A stretch of 64,000 nt of DNA from Leptolyngbyaceae cyanobacterium (GTDB taxonomy: Bacteria > Cyanobacteriota > Cyanobacteriia > Phormidesmidales > Phormidesmidaceae): assembly GCA_965263355.1 (NCBI GenBank), contig CBDHHL010000056.1:160001-224000 (forward strand). The letters run 5' to 3'. The position numbers and the translations under genes were made by a program. The notes under the pieces are model-generated. The model saw only the letters and a program-made list of their open reading frames with translations. It was not told the DNA's origin and ran no database searches. Positions 61,471-64,000 of the stretch are shown here, piece after piece. Position 1 is the stretch's first letter. The number at the start of each line of letters is the position of its first letter.

Positions 61471-61671
61471 TTAGAGCAAACTTGAAATTTTAATGACAAC
61501 TGCGCAACGGTCTTGTCTTTCCGACTCAATTTCATCAAGATCATCAATTGCCAAGACATATTGGGTCGCTATATCTTCTGTAGCGAAACAGGTAATAAAA
61601 CCAGACGTATTATCGGTGATACTTCCACCCAGACCAATAGCAACATCTCTTACCAGACTAAGCTGATCCAT
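61471..61671 (-). CDS. Small hypothetical protein
   Basis: 66 aa with a strong RBS (ggagg) about 5 nt upstream of the ATG. Confidence 0.55.
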   Translation of the reverse strand: MDQLSLVRDVAIGLGGSITDNTSGFITCFATEDIATQYVLAIDDLDEIESERQDRCAVVIKISSLL

Positions 61672-61793
61672 TTAACCTCCTTCAATGAAGCGTAGCTTTT
61701 ACCTTTGGCTTGATATCATCATTTACATCATGATCCAATCATTATTGGGCCATATAATAAAGGACGGTCGAAACTTTTATCAGAAACTTAGGT

Positions 61794-62291
61794 ATGAGCG
61801 AACTGCCAGAAGACTCCCAAGACCCACAGCACTATATTTTAGAAAATCAAGTACCTGTTATCTGCAATGACGAAACCGCCTGGCGAGCATTTATGCGTAA
61901 TGGAGAGAACCTACTGGTTGCGAAAGATGCAGTGGGTAAGTATACAATTGTAACCGTTTTCTTAGGGTTTAATCATGGTGATATAGAAACACCTAAATTT
62001 TTTCAAACCACCTGTTTTGGTGCCAGCAGCGAGATCCGATCAAAATATTCAGCAACCTGGGAACGCTCATGTTTACGGCATCGTGGCACTGTAGCCTGTG
62101 CTGAATCCTTAACGAAGTTTGCGGCAGATCAGGCAGCTGGTGTTGACAGGTCGTTTGAGTTCATCGACTGTAAGATTATTCCTGGTGAGCTGCAGTTTAT
62201 TCTTAAGTCCGAAGCTGACGCAATTGAGTTTATGCCAACAAATAGAAAAAACTGGGAACGTCGTGGACGTATGATCGTATTCTTGCTCTAG
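61794..62291 (+). CDS. Hypothetical protein
   Basis: 165-aa ORF (YILENQVPV.C...W...VTVFLGFNHG...FQTT.FG...YSATW); a paralogous fragment follows. Confidence 0.65.
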   Translation: MSELPEDSQDPQHYILENQVPVICNDETAWRAFMRNGENLLVAKDAVGKYTIVTVFLGFNHGDIETPKFFQTTCFGASSEIRSKYSATWERSCLRHRGTVACAESLTKFAADQAAGVDRSFEFIDCKIIPGELQFILKSEADAIEFMPTNRKNWERRGRMIVFLL

Positions 62292-62301
62292 GCGTAAACC
62301 T

Positions 62302-62383
62302 TATGCAGGCTCAACGATACATTCTAGAAAACCAGGTGCCTGTCCCCTGTCAGGATGCTGCTGTCTGGCAAGAGCAAGAGTAG
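62302..62383 (+). pseudogene. Truncated paralogue of 61794-62291, cut at a REP palindrome
   Basis: MQAQRYILENQVPVPCQDAAVWQEQE* versus QDPQHYILENQVPVICNDETAW; the stop codon lies within the REP. Confidence 0.7.
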
Positions 62384-62464
62384 TGGTGCGTTGTCACGCA
62401 CCACTACTCAAAGTCGCAAGCAAGCGTAGCGTGACTCACGCACCACTTCCAAGAGATAACGCAC
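62378..62464. repeat. REP doublet
   Basis: Perfect hairpin gagtagtggtgcgt-tgtc-acgcaccactactc, then aagcgtagcgtgactcacgcaccacttccaagagataacgcac (reverse of the 10421 copy). Confidence 0.88.
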
Positions 62465-62472
62465 CGCTAGAG

Positions 62473-62958
62473 TTAATAGCCTCTCTCACGTATCTCTCTT
62501 TGGCGCATGGGCATTGCATCTATTAGAGAGAACAATCTATGGGAGGTGACTGGCTGAGTTTGTCTAAGTTTTGTGGTGCCATCTTTACCCAGAAGAATAA
62601 CTGTAAATTCGGCATTTTTAACAGAAAAATATTCATAGAAAGGCTGACTAGAAAGACCAGTATCAACCTCACCGTTAACAGCCGCAGCCTCCTCACTCAC
62701 CAACCGCCACACTACCAAGTCACGAGCACTTAGTCCTGCCCCCATACCTGACAAATTAGCTGTTTGTTCTGCCAGGGTGGCATCATCACTGTCTGGTGCA
62801 AAGATCAAAAGCACACGGTTTTCCCACTGATAGTCTTCCATTAAACTATCTACACTGACAGTATCTTTTGTTCTAACTTTAGTTAACTCAAAGCCTTGCC
62901 CATTCCCTAGTAAGAGTAGGGTACTAAACAGTGTGGATAAAAGTATTAAGCCCTTCAT
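62473..62958 (-). CDS. DUF4174 domain protein
   Basis: YQWENRVLLIFAP, RDLVV, FTVILLGKDGTTK and LFSLIDAMPMRQRE motifs. Confidence 0.85.
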   Translation of the reverse strand: MKGLILLSTLFSTLLLLGNGQGFELTKVRTKDTVSVDSLMEDYQWENRVLLIFAPDSDDATLAEQTANLSGMGAGLSARDLVVWRLVSEEAAAVNGEVDTGLSSQPFYEYFSVKNAEFTVILLGKDGTTKLRQTQPVTSHRLFSLIDAMPMRQREIRERGY

Positions 62959-63408
62959 ACATCTATGGATTTTGCCTAGACCAATTATTTTTATTCTAGG
63001 GTCAATAAATTTAGAACGCTATATATATTGTTCTGTATACCTAACTACCGTTGCACTTATATTTCTGCAGCACTGCCTTTCTCACTTGGGTCAATCCACC
63101 GTGTGTCCTGCTGTAATGGATAGATAAGGGGTATTATCAAATATGTTGTTTCCAAAACAGCTGGGGATTCTGAGCCAGTTTTGTCGTTGAGACTAGAATG
63201 CCTAAATTTGCTTATTAGGGCTAATGCGTATGTAGGCGATGTGTTGCTAGGCACTCAGCCCAAGATGCATTACTGGGTTCTTGTAAAGTAATGTAAACAT
63301 TTTGCCGTCATGATGGCAAAACGGCTTGACGGCATCAAATAACCTCGGTATGTTTACTCCATGGGTGGAAGCGCCCCATGAATTAATTCCTAATTTATTA
63401 AGGTTAAT

Positions 63409-63762
63409 ATGCAAGGTAAGCAGAAGGTCACTCTTTACATGCACGATGACCTGCACCGCCAGCTTAAGATTCGCGCTGCGGTAGATGGGGAGCCCATGTC
63501 TACCTTGGCTGAACGGGCAATTGGGTTTTATCTTAATCATTCCGATGTTGTTGATGGAGTTCAGGGAACGGCACATTTGGTTTACGAATGTCCCTCTTGT
63601 GCGACATCTGTGGTGGTGAGAGATGGTGACCTGATGGCGGTTAATAGTCATGGAGATTTACATGTGGAGTCTTTGACTGAAGTGCCTGATGTTGTTCCTA
63701 GTGAAGTGCCTGATGTTGTTCCTAGTGAAGTGCCTGATGAAGGGGAGCTAGTTCCCTGTTAG
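63409..63762 (+). CDS. Ribbon-helix-helix + CxxC hypothetical protein upstream of ycf46
   Basis: KQKVTLY...LHRQLKIRAAVDGEPMSTLAERAI and YECPSC motifs; C-terminal EVPDVVPS tandem repeat. Confidence 0.75.
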   Translation: MQGKQKVTLYMHDDLHRQLKIRAAVDGEPMSTLAERAIGFYLNHSDVVDGVQGTAHLVYECPSCATSVVVRDGDLMAVNSHGDLHVESLTEVPDVVPSEVPDVVPSEVPDEGELVPC

Positions 63763-63863
63763 GGAAAGCTACAGCCCTTGAGTTATGGTGCTGAATTGTG
63801 CTCGTAAGGCTATAGGGTTTAATGGATCTGTTGGTATCGGTCGGCGTTGAGAGGATAAAAATT

Positions 63864-64000
63864 ATGAAAGAAGAGCTCCAGGTCCTAATTAAGGCTCAGT
63901 ATCCTCTGATTTATTTGCTAACGTTCGAGGAAGAGAGAGCGGAGCGTACAATTGCTGCGATAACCAAACAGCAACCTCAACGCCGTTTATTTACCTGGAC
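63864..64000 (+). CDS. ycf46: Ycf46-like AAA ATPase (3'-truncated by the window edge)
   Basis: MKEELQVLIKAQYPLIYLLTFEEERAE...RRLFTW, with a gagga RBS upstream. Confidence 0.85.
   Translation, partial: MKEELQVLIKAQYPLIYLLTFEEERAERTIAAITKQQPQRRLFTW

Overview
This is a chromosomal window of a cyanobacterium, shown by chlN, ycf46, a PatA-type taxis operon, a PEP-CTERM protein, NtcA boxes and frequent HIP1 octamers (GCGATCGC). Housekeeping genes (chlN 3' end, lepB, recQ, leuA, rph, ycf46 5' end) alternate with accessory blocks. (1) A secreted DM13 protein carries 12 [NDS]PCAA cysteine repeats. (2) A decayed mobile/defence island at about 9.5-16.9 kb holds a REP-associated tyrosine transposase with GTAG-type REP arrays, small cargo ORFs, a RelE-type toxin-antitoxin pair and a tandem pair of AAA_35/STAND ATPase genes. 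The first ATPase gene looks like a CHAT-TIR-AAA_35 gene broken by an internal deletion; the second is split by an ISAs1 element with an 8-bp target duplication and cut off at the REP array. (3) A sulfur operon encodes a sulfotransferase, an Fe-S APS reductase, a CxxS thioredoxin-like protein, sat and TauE, with no APS kinase. (4) A complete six-gene chemotaxis-like operon follows. (5) Two CBS-CP12 gene remnants lie in tandem. (6) leuA is preceded by a candidate leucine-rich leader peptide. (7) An NtcA-controlled nitrogen-scavenging cluster encodes a carbamoylase, an allophanate-hydrolase-C-like protein and an ABC transporter. Several families of short dispersed repeats are present. No rRNA, tRNA or CRISPR array was seen. 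All family assignments come from motif recognition by eye, not from database searches.
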